64,000 nt of DNA from Verrucomicrobiota bacterium (GCA_039818205.1 JBCBUK010000018.1:1-64000), one strand, 5' to 3'. Numbered from the stretch's first letter, positions 9,925 to 20,504 are shown. Program-made: numbers and translations. The notes: a model not told the origin generated them from the letters alone.

Positions 9925-10929
9925 CTATTCAGCTGACCGCAGCGTGTGGATGGTGATCTCAGGCGGGCAGTTGAGCCGCGCGGGAACGCCGCTGCTCCCG
10001 GTCCCGCGAGACGTGTAGCCGACCATCTGCTTCAAACGCCACTCGCCGCTGTTTCGCTCACGCGGGGCATCGCAATTGTGAATGAGTGGGAAGCCTCCCG
10101 GCAGGCACAATTGCCCACCGTGCGTGTGCCCGCTGAGCATCGCCTTTACCCGAGCGTCTATCGCAGCGTCCTCCGCATAACTCGGACAATGGGCCAACAA
10201 AATGACTGACGCTTCCTGCGGGGTATTCCGCAGTGCAAAGGCGAGATCCGGGGCCCCGATCAAATGAGAATTATCGACCCCAGCCAGCCAGATCGTTCCA
10301 TGCTCATCCAATGCGACCGACTCATTGATCAGCATACGAATCCCAAGTTTCTCCAGCTTTGGCACAAACCGGAGTGCATCATGGTTGCCCAAGATCCCAT
10401 AGACGGGCTGGTGAATCCTCTCCAGTATCTTGGTGAGCTCCCGGAAGACCTTCTCAGACTCAAAGGTGCGGTTGAAATAATCTCCCGTAAACACACAAAG
10501 GTCATACTCAAGGCCCTCCAAGTGTGGGAGAATGGCTGGGACCAGGTGCTCAGGCGCCAGATCCAGGTGCAAATCCGCGATGTGTAGGACGCGAAAGCCG
10601 TCCATCGCTTCTGGCAACCCATCAATTGGCAGCTCGTGATTCTCAAGCTGGATTTGAGCAAAATTTCGCAGAGCCCGCTTCTCCAGCAAGGTGTATCGGA
10701 GAATCGTTTTCACAATGCGGTGAGGCAATTTTGGACTGCGGATTATCGCCTGTCCGTAACGCAGCATGCGCTCCTCTCGGATCCGCAATTCCAATTCTTG
10801 GCGCCGAGTAAAGTTCGCGGGGCCCATCCGTTGGGCGATGCGTTCCATCGCCTCTTCTTCGTCCAACTGTAGGGAGTTGCTCACAATGGCTTCGAATGAA
10901 TAAGAATGATCTGAGTCGGGCAGCGACAA
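9925..10929 (-). CDS. Calcineurin-like metallophosphoesterase
   Basis: DLH, TGD, GNHD and GHTHGGQ motifs. Confidence 0.9.
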   Translation of the reverse strand: MSLPDSDHSYSFEAIVSNSLQLDEEEAMERIAQRMGPANFTRRQELELRIREERMLRYGQAIIRSPKLPHRIVKTILRYTLLEKRALRNFAQIQLENHELPIDGLPEAMDGFRVLHIADLHLDLAPEHLVPAILPHLEGLEYDLCVFTGDYFNRTFESEKVFRELTKILERIHQPVYGILGNHDALRFVPKLEKLGIRMLINESVALDEHGTIWLAGVDNSHLIGAPDLAFALRNTPQEASVILLAHCPSYAEDAAIDARVKAMLSGHTHGGQLCLPGGFPLIHNCDAPRERNSGEWRLKQMVGYTSRGTGSSGVPARLNCPPEITIHTLRSAE

Positions 10930-11010
10930 TCAATGGAAATCGAACTCGCAACGAGATTTAAACCCAAGGACGCGGCTTTACAGCGGGCATTCGGCGTGCC
11001 AAGGTGCGGT

Positions 11011-12117
11011 ATGGAATCCGAATCTCAGGACGCCCATTTTGATAGCATCGAAAGCGCATTGGTCGATGTCGCTGCTGGCATCCCCGTCATCGTTACCGAC
11101 GATGAATCGCGAGAAAACGAGGGTGATCTGGTCCTTGCGGCGGCAAAAGCCACGCCAGAAAACATCAACATGATGATCCGCCACGCGCGCGGCTTGATCT
11201 GTGTACCAACGGTTGGCCACCAGCTCCGACGCCTTGGCATTCAGCGTATGGTCGCCGAGAATCGTGAAGCCCATGGGACCGACTTTACTGTCAGCGTGGA
11301 CGCAGCCGAAGGCATCACCACCGGAATCAGTGCCTATGATCGCTGTGCGACCATTCGCATCCTGGCGGACCCCAAAGCAACCTCGGATCACCTCGTCCAA
11401 CCTGGGCATATTTTTCCACTCCAAGCCCGACCGGGTGGCGTCTTACAACGGGCCGGCCACACCGAAGCGGCGGTCGACTTAGCGCAGCTCGCCGGGTTGC
11501 ACCCGTCTGGCGTCATTTGCGAGATCCTCAACGAAGATGGGTCGCTCGCTCGCCTGCCAGATCTAGTTAAATTTAAGGAGGAGCACGGCTTGAAGCTGAT
11601 CTCGATCGCGCAGCTGATCCATTATCGGCACCAGCGTGATAAACTGGTCGATTGCGTGGCAAAGACGACCTTTGACAGCGAATTTGGCGCCTTTGACCTC
11701 CATGTTTTTAAAAGCGTCTTAGATGAGCGGCAGCACATTGCCTTGAGCCTCGGCGAACTTTCTCACAAGCCAACCCTGGTTCGGGTGCACAGCGAAAACC
11801 TCTTGGGTGACATTTTTCGCGGCAAGGGGATGGGCGGATTCGATGTCATCCACCACGCCATGGAGATCATCGCCAAGGAAGGACGCGGCGTGATTCTCTA
11901 TCTGGAACAGCCCGGTGGCGGCATCCGCGTGACCGAGGACGGTGGGAACTTAGCCGTCCAACGTCGCGGAATGGACTTTCGCGACTACGGCATTGGTGCC
12001 CAGATTCTGTCCGAATTGGGCCTCAAACGCATCCGCCTGCTATCCTCCTCGGGAAAACCTCGCGTTGTTGCACTGGATGGTTACGATTTAGAAATTACCG
12101 AAGTCGTTCCGGTGTAA
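11011..12117 (+). CDS. ribB: DHBP synthase fused to a degenerate GTP cyclohydrolase II domain (RibBX-type)
   Basis: RENEGD, GITTGISA, PGHIFPL and RAGHTEA are present. The C-terminal domain reads RVHSENLLGD and lacks the Zn-binding cysteines. Confidence 0.9.
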   Translation: MESESQDAHFDSIESALVDVAAGIPVIVTDDESRENEGDLVLAAAKATPENINMMIRHARGLICVPTVGHQLRRLGIQRMVAENREAHGTDFTVSVDAAEGITTGISAYDRCATIRILADPKATSDHLVQPGHIFPLQARPGGVLQRAGHTEAAVDLAQLAGLHPSGVICEILNEDGSLARLPDLVKFKEEHGLKLISIAQLIHYRHQRDKLVDCVAKTTFDSEFGAFDLHVFKSVLDERQHIALSLGELSHKPTLVRVHSENLLGDIFRGKGMGGFDVIHHAMEIIAKEGRGVILYLEQPGGGIRVTEDGGNLAVQRRGMDFRDYGIGAQILSELGLKRIRLLSSSGKPRVVALDGYDLEITEVVPV

Positions 12118-12197
12118 GGCGCACTGGTTGCTGCCAAAGATTTTTTCTCGCCAAGCCCTGGGCTCCCGCCCACTTTCACCTCCTTCCATTTTTTACC

Positions 12198-12776
12198 ATG
12201 AGTCAGCATCAGGCACAGTTTGACGACCTCAACGCCAAAGAACTCACGTTCTCCATCATTGGCGCGCGCTATAATAGTCACCTCGTAGACGTGCTCATCA
12301 AGCGTGCCACCGAGACGCTGATCGAGTACGGCGCGGACCGCGAAAACATCAAGGTTACCCGGGCGCCCGGCTCGAATGAGCTGCCCTACCTGGCATCGAT
12401 GCAAGGGATGACGGGCGAATATGACTGCATCATTGCTCTGGGCGTCGTCATCGCAGGCGACACCGAGCACCACGATATCATTGCCCAGTCGACTGCGGTT
12501 TCCCTGCATACCGCATCGATGAACACCTTTACGCCAATCATCAACGGCATCATCACAGTAAACACCGAGCAACAAGCGGACGACCGTGTGACCGGCCCGC
12601 TCGACCGTGGCGCAGAATTTGCCCGGGCAGCCATTGAGATGGGCACCCTTTCAGTATCACTCGTCGAAGAGATTGAGAACGTCGAAGCCTACGAATATTT
12701 GGAGGAAGAAGGGATCTTTGATGAAGACGACGAAGATGATGACGATGATATGGAGCAAATCTTCCGAAAGAATTAA
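12198..12776 (+). CDS. ribH: Lumazine synthase with acidic C-terminal extension
   Basis: ARYN, PGSNELP, LGVVIAGDTEH and AAIEM; lies between ribB and nusB. Confidence 0.9.
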   Translation: MSQHQAQFDDLNAKELTFSIIGARYNSHLVDVLIKRATETLIEYGADRENIKVTRAPGSNELPYLASMQGMTGEYDCIIALGVVIAGDTEHHDIIAQSTAVSLHTASMNTFTPIINGIITVNTEQQADDRVTGPLDRGAEFARAAIEMGTLSVSLVEEIENVEAYEYLEEEGIFDEDDEDDDDDMEQIFRKN

Positions 12777-12779
12777 ATA

Positions 12780-13241
12780 ATGGACGAAACCTCTTCCAAT
12801 AAGCCTCCCAGTGCGCGACGGCAAAATCGCGTCGCGGCCATGCAATTTCTCTACATGTGCGAGAGTAACCCGCCACAGGAAATCGCCGATTCGTTGCGTA
12901 TCTTCTTTGAGAACCGCGAAAAGGAGCGGGATTTCTATTCCTTTGGCGAAGAGCTCGCGGCGGGTGCCTGGGAAAAGCATGAAGATGTCGATGTTGTGAT
13001 CAAAGAGTATGCCCGCAACTGGACCATCAATCGAATCGCCAAAGTCGACCTGGCAATCTTGCGTCTGGCAATTTACGAGCTCAACTACCGGTTGGACATC
13101 CCGCCGATCGTGACGATCAACGAAGCAATCGATCTGGCCAAAGAGTATTCGGATCCCGAAGCTCGCCGCTTCGTGAACGGCATTCTCGACCGCGTGAAGG
13201 GCACGCTACAGCGCCCATTACGCACCGCTGCCACCAAATAA
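12780..13241 (+). CDS. nusB: Transcription antitermination factor NusB
   Basis: ARRQNRVAAMQFLY, DLAILRLAIYE, INEAIDLAK and FVNGILD. Confidence 0.95.
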   Translation: MDETSSNKPPSARRQNRVAAMQFLYMCESNPPQEIADSLRIFFENREKERDFYSFGEELAAGAWEKHEDVDVVIKEYARNWTINRIAKVDLAILRLAIYELNYRLDIPPIVTINEAIDLAKEYSDPEARRFVNGILDRVKGTLQRPLRTAATK

Positions 13242-13254
13242 GTTTTCCACGGCT

Positions 13255-14190
13255 ATGCGTTCGTTTCTCAGCAAATTCAACGAAGGCCTGAAGCGTACCA
13301 CGCCAACGTTCTACAAGGCGTTCGGCAAAGTCGGTGGCGTCTTCGCTGGCAAGAAACTCGATCAAGACTCACTCGACGACCTCGAAGAAGCCCTCTACGG
13401 AGCAGACTTTGGCGTCGAGACCGCGACCGAGATCATGGACGAAATTCAGGCGGCTTATCGCAAAGACAAGTCGCTACGCGGACAAGATGCCGCCGCGATT
13501 GGCGCCACGGTGCTACGACGGGTGCTGGAGGGCTCTGAGCCTCCAGAAGACTTCCTGATTAGCAGCTCATCGCCCGAGGTCATTTGCCTGATCGGAGTGA
13601 ACGGATCTGGCAAGACCACCACAACCGCCAAACTCGGCTGGCGGTTTACCGAAGAAGGAAAAGGCGTCGTCCTTGGCGCCTGTGACACCTTTCGGGCAGC
13701 GGCTAACGAACAGATTAAAACCTGGGCTGACCGCCTGGAACTCGACCTGATCTCAAGCCACCACGGCGCAGATTCCGCCGCAGTCGCGTTTGATGCCTGG
13801 CAGGCTGCAAAGTCTCGCGATCGCGAAGTTCTCCTCCTGGATACCGCGGGTCGACTGCACACCAAGGGCAACCTGATGGAAGAGCTCAAAAAGATTCGGC
13901 GCGTGCTCCAGAAAAACGATGAGACTGCGCCGCATCACAGCTGGCTCGTTGTCGATGGCTCGATCGGTTCGAACTCCATTGAACAAGCCCGCAAATTTCA
14001 TCAAACCTTCGGTTTAACCGGGCTCATTATCACAAAACTCGATGGCACGAGCCGAGGCGGTGCACTGGTCGGTATCTATCGTGAGCTGAAATTGCCGATC
14101 TATTTCGTTGGTCTGGGCGAACAAAAAGAAGATCTCCAACCGTTTAGTATCGAAAACTACACGAACGCGATCTTTGGCTTGGATGAGTAG
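13255..14190 (+). CDS. ftsY: SRP receptor FtsY (NG domain only)
   Basis: GVNGSGKTTT, DTFRAAA, DTAGR and TKLDGTSRGG. Confidence 0.97.
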   Translation: MRSFLSKFNEGLKRTTPTFYKAFGKVGGVFAGKKLDQDSLDDLEEALYGADFGVETATEIMDEIQAAYRKDKSLRGQDAAAIGATVLRRVLEGSEPPEDFLISSSSPEVICLIGVNGSGKTTTTAKLGWRFTEEGKGVVLGACDTFRAAANEQIKTWADRLELDLISSHHGADSAAVAFDAWQAAKSRDREVLLLDTAGRLHTKGNLMEELKKIRRVLQKNDETAPHHSWLVVDGSIGSNSIEQARKFHQTFGLTGLIITKLDGTSRGGALVGIYRELKLPIYFVGLGEQKEDLQPFSIENYTNAIFGLDE

Positions 14191-14302
14191 AAACGGGTTC
14201 TAAGGCTATCGGCTTCCATTGGCTCGCTCCGTTCGCGGTATTTCCGCACGAAATTAACGAGAATAGTTGCGAATATTTCTCGTTTGGGAGTTTCTTAACT
14301 CC

Positions 14303-15082
14303 ATGACGGATCAAAAACACATCCTGGTCACCAATGACGATGGCATTGACTCATACTTTTTGCGGGTCTTGGTCGACGCACTCGTCAAAGATTTTCGCGT
14401 AACGGTCGCCGCACCCATGGGCGAGAAAAGTTGGATCGGTCGGGCCTTTAGCCGCAACAGCGAAGTCCACCTGGCCGAGTATGACAATTTTCCCTGCAAG
14501 GCCTATGCCCTGGACGGTACGCCGAGTGACTGTGTGAACATCGCTATGGGCCGTTTGCTCAAAGATGACCTACCCGATGCGGTATGTTCGGGAATCAATC
14601 TTGGGTTCAATGCCTGCGCACCGCTCATCTTCTCTTCTGGAACGGTTGGTGGCGCCCTGGAAGGCGCTGCCTGGGGGCTGCCTGCGCTCGCATTTTCCGC
14701 CTATGTGCCCGAAGGCGAATACGAGGCGCTTCGCCAAAGCCACGGGCGGGCAACCGGCGAGATGGAGACCAGCTTACGCGTGTCCGCTGAACGCAGCCGC
14801 CAGTTTGTCGCCAAACACCTCGCCGAGGGCCAACCCGGACTCGTGGTCCACAATTACAATTTCCCCGCCCCGACCACAATCGATACCGAAATCGAAGAAA
14901 CGGCTCTTTCTCCGTTCAAGATGGCCCCGCTTTATGATTGGGCTGGGCCGGCGTCGTTCCGCTTCAAATACGCCGATGGCGAGGCACCAACGGATGGCCC
15001 CTACGACTGGGCCTGCATCCTGAGCGGCAAACTAAGCTACACGCGGCTAAATTTTGGAGCCGTTAGCCAAGTGCCGCGCTAG
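14303..15082 (+). CDS. surE: 5'/3'-nucleotidase SurE
   Basis: ILVTNDDG, GTPSDCV, SGINLG and SGTVGGA. Confidence 0.92.
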   Translation: MTDQKHILVTNDDGIDSYFLRVLVDALVKDFRVTVAAPMGEKSWIGRAFSRNSEVHLAEYDNFPCKAYALDGTPSDCVNIAMGRLLKDDLPDAVCSGINLGFNACAPLIFSSGTVGGALEGAAWGLPALAFSAYVPEGEYEALRQSHGRATGEMETSLRVSAERSRQFVAKHLAEGQPGLVVHNYNFPAPTTIDTEIEETALSPFKMAPLYDWAGPASFRFKYADGEAPTDGPYDWACILSGKLSYTRLNFGAVSQVPR

Positions 15083-15097
15083 TTGACTAAGCGCACA

Positions 15098-18000
15098 TCA
15101 ATGCGCGTCATCCTCTTTGGGTAGCGGGGCGCGGCGCAGAGCCGTTTCAAGGTCCTGCGGCTTGAGTGGCTTGACGATAAAGTCGTTCATGCCAGCTTCG
15201 CGGGCCGCTGCCTCATCCTCCTTCAACGCAGCGGCAGACAAACCAATGATCCATGGAGTATCGTCCTTGCCCGTAGCGGCGCGGATAACTCGCGTTGCCT
15301 CAAGCCCATCCATCTCGGGCATCTGCACATCCATGAGGATCAATGGAAACCGATGTTTCCGATACATGGCGACAGCATTTAAGCCATTGGAGGCAGTCTC
15401 AGTCTCGCACTTCAAGCGATGGAGCACGAATTGAACGACCTTGCAATTCACCGGGTTATCTTCGGCAATCAGGATCTTCCCTGGGTAGCCAACGGGACCC
15501 GTGCGGGCCTCCGGTGGCGGTGGTGGAAGCTCACTGGGGCTTGCTTTGATCGTTGGAACCGTAAAATGAAAAACTGTCCCCAATAGCTTCGTGCTTTCGA
15601 ACCAAATGCGACCGCCCATCAAGCTAACAAGGCGCTTACTGATCGCCAGACCAAGCCCCGTACCGCCGTAACGCCTCGTGGTCGAAACATCGGCCTGGGT
15701 AAAGGGCTCAAAGAGTTTTGCCTGCTGGTCCGAATCCAAACCGATCCCGGTATCTGCGACCGAGAAATGTAGCTCGTAGCGCATTTTATCGATCAATGAT
15801 GCCGAGACCTTGACGGTCACCCGGCCGCGATCGGTAAACTTGACCGCATTGCTGATAAGATTCATCAGCACTTGGCGAATTCGGGTTTCGTCCCCACGGA
15901 CCGCTTCAGGCGTACTCGAATCAATGCGATGAACTACCTCGAGATTTTTGCCCGCCGCATGGGTTGAAAAGAGAGAGATCGCCGACATCACAATCGGAGC
16001 AACACGGATTGCACGGTCTTCAATTTCCAACCGCCCGGCTTCGACCTTGGAATAATCGAGGATATCGTTGATGATCGTCATCAACGATTCACTGCTGGTT
16101 TGAATCGTCGTCAGATAGTCTCGTTGCTGCTCACTGAGTTGCGTGCCATTGATCGCCTCAATCATCCCCACGACGCCATTCATCGGCGTGCGGATCTCAT
16201 GGCTCATCATCGCAAGGAATGCCGATTTTGCTCGGTTAGCCGCTTCGGCCTCTTCCTTTGCATGGATGATGCGCTCCTCGGCGCGCTTTTGCTCAGTTAT
16301 GTCCCAGCAACTACCAATCATACGGGTTGCCCGGCGCTCGTCATCGAGCAAAACCAATACATTCCCGGTCATGTGACGAAGATCGCCCTCGGGCCAGACG
16401 ATACGAAAATTCAGGCGATAGTTTCCTCCGTTTTCAATGGCTGCCGAAAGGGTTTGTTTCAAGCCCGGCAAATCCTCAGGGGCGGTTACCTGCGACCACG
16501 ATTCGATCGTTCCCAGGAATCGGTTTGACGGCAGACGAAAGAGCTCATGCATAATGGGATCCCAAACCATGCTGTTGCGCTGCACGTCGTATTCCCAAAT
16601 CCCGATACAAGCTGAGGTCGTCGCCAGCTGAAACCGTTCATTTAACGCGGAAAGTTCGCGCTCAATCTTCTTGCGCGGAGTAACATCCAAAGCAGCCCCG
16701 CGGTAGCCGATAAACTTACCGCGCTGATCGTACATCGGGACCCCGCTAACGCTTTGCCATATGTAACCGCCGTTCTTGTGGCGGGTGCGCACTTCAAAAT
16801 TATTAAAGCTGCGGCGATCCCTGATGATCGCATCCAGGCTATCGATATAGTCCGAGCGATCATCCTCTGCGACTAAATCGAAATTTTGGATGCCGATAAA
16901 CTCTCCGGGCGCATAGCCGAGCACCTCTTTGACCCGCTCCGTCACGTAGGTATATTGGCCGTTGATATCGTGCTCCCAAATATATTCGCCGGCGGCATTG
17001 CTGATATCTCGAAAGCGCCGCTCACTTTCTTCGATTCGCTCACGGTCGAGCCGCCGGTTTGTTATGTCGGTCTCAATGGCAATAAAACTGGTCAGCGTGC
17101 CGTCAGCTTCATGGACGGGTGTCGCTTCGACCTCAACCCAGTAAGGGACACCCGACTTGCGATAATTTAGCACTTCGACGTGGAATCCTTTTCCTTGCCG
17201 AACACTTTCCCGCATCAGCTTCACAACTTCGGGATCTGACGCCGGTCCTTGCAAAACGCTTCCGGGAGTTCTTCCAATGATCTCATCGACACCAAAGCCA
17301 GTCATGCGTTCGAACGCTTTGTTCACCCAGGTAAAACAGCCATCGGAATCGGTAATGACGACGCCGGTCGTTGTTTTACTCGCAACCAGCGACAGCCGCT
17401 TAAACGCCTCCTCTTGTTTCTTGTTCGCGGTGATGTCGGTGTGGGTTCCCAGCATCCGAGTCGGCTTGCCCTCGTCGTTGAAAATCGCTTTGCCCCGCGT
17501 CAGAACCCAACACCAGCTTTCGTTCTTCATCCGCATGCGATACTCGATCACATACTGGGTGACTCGTCCGGCGAAATAATCCTCTACAGCCTCCTTGGCC
17601 TTGGGCAAATCCTCGGGGTGCACAAGCTGCTCCCACACGTCGTAGCCGCTGCCGATCTCCTCAACGGAATAACCCAGCATCGTTTTCCAACGATCCGAGA
17701 AATGAACTTGGCCGCTCTCGATATCCCAGTCCCAGACACCGTCCTCGCTCCCCTTAAGCGCAAGGTCCCAACGTTCCTCGGAAACCGCCAAATCTCGCTG
17801 GGTATTGGCGAGCTCACTCACGTCTTGGATGATCCCGTAGCGTCGCAGGCGTTTGCCATCCGGGCGGCCCATCCGACCAATCAAGCGCCCCCACATAATG
17901 GATTGATCCGGCCGAATCATACGAATCTGAACCGAACGTGACTCCCCCTCCTCCATTGGCTCCATCAGGATCGCCCGCGCTATCGGCAGGTCCTCCGGAA

Positions 18001-18277
18001 AGACTGTCTCCATCGCCTGTTTCAGCGTGGGCTCCTGATCCGGGTCGACGTCGAACATCCGGCGCAGCTCCTCCGAGATACTCAGGCGCCCGGTCTCGGG
18101 ATTGATCTCCCAGCTGCCGATCCCAGCGATCTGCTGAGACTTCGACATCATCTGCAGGCGCCGACGCAGGCACTCAAGCTCCTCCTCGCGATCAGCTAAT
18201 TGATCCCGAAGCTGATCAGCTTCAGTGTCTAAGGTATCGGACACCGATCCGCGAACTGACGAAGATGGCTCATCCAT
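15098..18277 (-). CDS. Cytoplasmic multi-PAS hybrid histidine kinase with receiver domain
   Basis: Several PAS/PAC repeats, H-box SHEIRTPMNG, NAVKFT, GGTGLGL, and a receiver domain (AEDN, MDVQMP, KP). Confidence 0.95.
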   Translation of the reverse strand: MDEPSSSVRGSVSDTLDTEADQLRDQLADREEELECLRRRLQMMSKSQQIAGIGSWEINPETGRLSISEELRRMFDVDPDQEPTLKQAMETVFPEDLPIARAILMEPMEEGESRSVQIRMIRPDQSIMWGRLIGRMGRPDGKRLRRYGIIQDVSELANTQRDLAVSEERWDLALKGSEDGVWDWDIESGQVHFSDRWKTMLGYSVEEIGSGYDVWEQLVHPEDLPKAKEAVEDYFAGRVTQYVIEYRMRMKNESWCWVLTRGKAIFNDEGKPTRMLGTHTDITANKKQEEAFKRLSLVASKTTTGVVITDSDGCFTWVNKAFERMTGFGVDEIIGRTPGSVLQGPASDPEVVKLMRESVRQGKGFHVEVLNYRKSGVPYWVEVEATPVHEADGTLTSFIAIETDITNRRLDRERIEESERRFRDISNAAGEYIWEHDINGQYTYVTERVKEVLGYAPGEFIGIQNFDLVAEDDRSDYIDSLDAIIRDRRSFNNFEVRTRHKNGGYIWQSVSGVPMYDQRGKFIGYRGAALDVTPRKKIERELSALNERFQLATTSACIGIWEYDVQRNSMVWDPIMHELFRLPSNRFLGTIESWSQVTAPEDLPGLKQTLSAAIENGGNYRLNFRIVWPEGDLRHMTGNVLVLLDDERRATRMIGSCWDITEQKRAEERIIHAKEEAEAANRAKSAFLAMMSHEIRTPMNGVVGMIEAINGTQLSEQQRDYLTTIQTSSESLMTIINDILDYSKVEAGRLEIEDRAIRVAPIVMSAISLFSTHAAGKNLEVVHRIDSSTPEAVRGDETRIRQVLMNLISNAVKFTDRGRVTVKVSASLIDKMRYELHFSVADTGIGLDSDQQAKLFEPFTQADVSTTRRYGGTGLGLAISKRLVSLMGGRIWFESTKLLGTVFHFTVPTIKASPSELPPPPPEARTGPVGYPGKILIAEDNPVNCKVVQFVLHRLKCETETASNGLNAVAMYRKHRFPLILMDVQMPEMDGLEATRVIRAATGKDDTPWIIGLSAAALKEDEAAAREAGMNDFIVKPLKPQDLETALRRAPLPKEDDAH

Positions 18278-18418
18278 GGAGACGGAAATTCAAGCGGATA
18301 TTTTCCCAAAATGCCATAATGAAAAATGGGGTGGTTGAGAATTTGTACAAACAGGTTACAAAATCGTTAACAAAATAGTGTTTATCGAAGGGCAAAAACC
18401 ACCCTAGTCTACCTGACT

Positions 18419-20386
18419 ATGGCCACAGTTCTGGAAAAAATCAAACAAGCTGGCAGCGAAGGAAAGCTGCTGGAAAGTTCAGTCGAAAACCTGGAAGCGT
18501 TTGTCAGCGGCGGTTTCCTACCCGCCTGGGCGATGACCTCGATCGAGGAGCTAGTCGACGCCGGCGAATGGGAGGAACTCAACGACCGTTTTTTCCAAAA
18601 CATGAAATTTGGCACCGGCGGCATGCGCGGACGCACTATTGGCCGGGTCTCTGCCAAGTCTGAAACGGGCACTCCCGGGGAAAAAGACAGCCCAGAGCAC
18701 CCAGCGGTTGGCACCAACGTGCTCAATGACTTCAATATCACCCGAGCAACCATTGGGCTGTTCCGCCACTGCCAGGAGTATTTGGCCGACGAAGAAATCT
18801 ACGACACGCCAAAATTGGTTATCGCCCATGACGTGCGGTATTTCTCCCGCCATTTCTGTGAGCTTGCGGCCAGCACATGGACCAAGCTTGGTGGCCTCGC
18901 GATGATTTTTGAGGGCCCACGCTCGACGCCTGCCCTCAGCTTTGCGGTCCGCAATCTCAAATGCACCGCCGGAATCGTCATCACCGCGAGCCATAACCCA
19001 TCGCACGACAATGGCTTCAAGGCCTACTTCAGCGATGGTGCCCAGGTCGTCGCGCCGCACGCCGAAGGCATCATCGACAAAGTCCGCGCGGTCGAATGGT
19101 CAGAGCTTCCTCCGTTCTTTGACATTGATCTATCCAAAGTCGTCACCCTCCCGGAGACCCAGGACGAGGAATACCTTGATGTGCTGGAGGACAACGTGCT
19201 CGACCCAGACGTCCTTGAAGAAATTCATCCCAAGGTGGTCTTCACGCCGATCCACGGTACCGGAGGCGTTGCCTCGGTCCCGCTGTTGCGCGAGTTCGGC
19301 GTCGAAGTTATCGACGTTCCAGAGCAGTGGGAAATGGATCCCCGCTTCCCAACAGTGAAGTCGCCAAACCCAGAGAACGCCGAAGCGTTGAGCATGGCGG
19401 TCGAGAAGGCCAAAGAAGTAGGCGCCGATATGGTGCTTGCCACTGACCCAGACGACGATCGCATGGCCCTCGCCGCCCCCAACCGCGATGGTGAGTGGAT
19501 TCTCTTTACTGGGAACATGACCGGATCCATGCTCGCCCAATACCGGGTCAAAACGCTGCAAGAAATCGGAATTCTTCCTGAAGCTGGCACCGAGCACGCG
19601 GCACTGATCAAGACCTTCGTCACCACGCCATTGCAAGAAGCCATCGCTGAGGCCAACGGCCTGAAGTGCATCAACACCTTGACTGGATTTAAATGGATCG
19701 GTGAAAAGCTCGGCATCTATCAAAGCGAGCTTGAGGAGCGTATGTTCGAAGAGGAAGGCATCGCGATTGATTACGATCAAACCGACCTGTCAACCCGCGC
19801 ACAGCTCCTACTCGAGTACAGCACCTTTTATGTATTCGGCGGCGAGGAAAGCTATGGATACTTGGCCAGCGACCGCGTTCGCGACAAGGATGCCAACGCG
19901 GCCTGCCTGATGATTTGCGAACTCGCAGCTTACCTGAAGAAAACCGACAAAACCTTCAGCGAATATCTCGCCGAGATCCACTTGAAATACGGCTATCACC
20001 TTGAGTCGCTACTCAGCATCTATTTCGAGGGTGCCTCCGGTGCACAGTCGATTAAGAACATCATTGAGAGCTTCCGAGCAGATCCCCTTAAGGAAATAAA
20101 CGGCATCAAAGTTGCCGAGATGATCGACTTCGGAAAGGACGACCTGAAGGACGCCGACGGCAAAAACATCCCAAAGGAGAACTTCTACTTCTTTACGCTT
20201 GAGAACGGCTACAAGTTTGCCGCTCGCGGAAGTGGCACGGAACCGAAAATCAAGTTCTACTGCTTTGCCAAAGAAAGCGTTCCTTCGGCTCAGGCTCTAC
20301 CGGAAATTCAGGAACAGACCAAGGAGAAGCTAGCCGCGCTCGAAAAGGCGATCGAAGCCGAGGCGCGCAAACGGGCCGAAGGCTAA
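18419..20386 (+). CDS. Phospho-sugar mutase (phosphoglucomutase/phosphomannomutase)
   Basis: FGTGGMRG, ITASHNP, DPDDDR, GGEESYG and SGTEPKIK. Confidence 0.95.
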   Translation: MATVLEKIKQAGSEGKLLESSVENLEAFVSGGFLPAWAMTSIEELVDAGEWEELNDRFFQNMKFGTGGMRGRTIGRVSAKSETGTPGEKDSPEHPAVGTNVLNDFNITRATIGLFRHCQEYLADEEIYDTPKLVIAHDVRYFSRHFCELAASTWTKLGGLAMIFEGPRSTPALSFAVRNLKCTAGIVITASHNPSHDNGFKAYFSDGAQVVAPHAEGIIDKVRAVEWSELPPFFDIDLSKVVTLPETQDEEYLDVLEDNVLDPDVLEEIHPKVVFTPIHGTGGVASVPLLREFGVEVIDVPEQWEMDPRFPTVKSPNPENAEALSMAVEKAKEVGADMVLATDPDDDRMALAAPNRDGEWILFTGNMTGSMLAQYRVKTLQEIGILPEAGTEHAALIKTFVTTPLQEAIAEANGLKCINTLTGFKWIGEKLGIYQSELEERMFEEEGIAIDYDQTDLSTRAQLLLEYSTFYVFGGEESYGYLASDRVRDKDANAACLMICELAAYLKKTDKTFSEYLAEIHLKYGYHLESLLSIYFEGASGAQSIKNIIESFRADPLKEINGIKVAEMIDFGKDDLKDADGKNIPKENFYFFTLENGYKFAARGSGTEPKIKFYCFAKESVPSAQALPEIQEQTKEKLAALEKAIEAEARKRAEG

Positions 20387-20415
20387 GTCAACCGTTCACT
20401 CAAGATACAATTTCT

Positions 20416-20440
20416 AAGACCACCTTCGGGTGGTCTTTTT
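20416..20440 (+). terminator. Intrinsic terminator after the phospho-sugar mutase gene
   Basis: AAGACCACC-TTCG-GGTGGTCTT followed by a T-run. Confidence 0.9.
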
Positions 20441-20504
20441 GTCTTTTGCAGGTGAAATATGGCGCTTGACCGGGGCCATTAATCACCGAAAAGTGTTAGA
20501 TGCT

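Noticed and set aside
10930..11010. FMN riboswitch upstream of the rib genes
   Set aside because: The gap is only about 80 bp and has no RFN consensus.
17230..17300. Possible LOV photosensor in the hybrid kinase (GRTPGSVLQGP)
   Set aside because: It lacks the photoactive Cys of GRNCRFLQ, so I treated it as an ordinary PAS domain.
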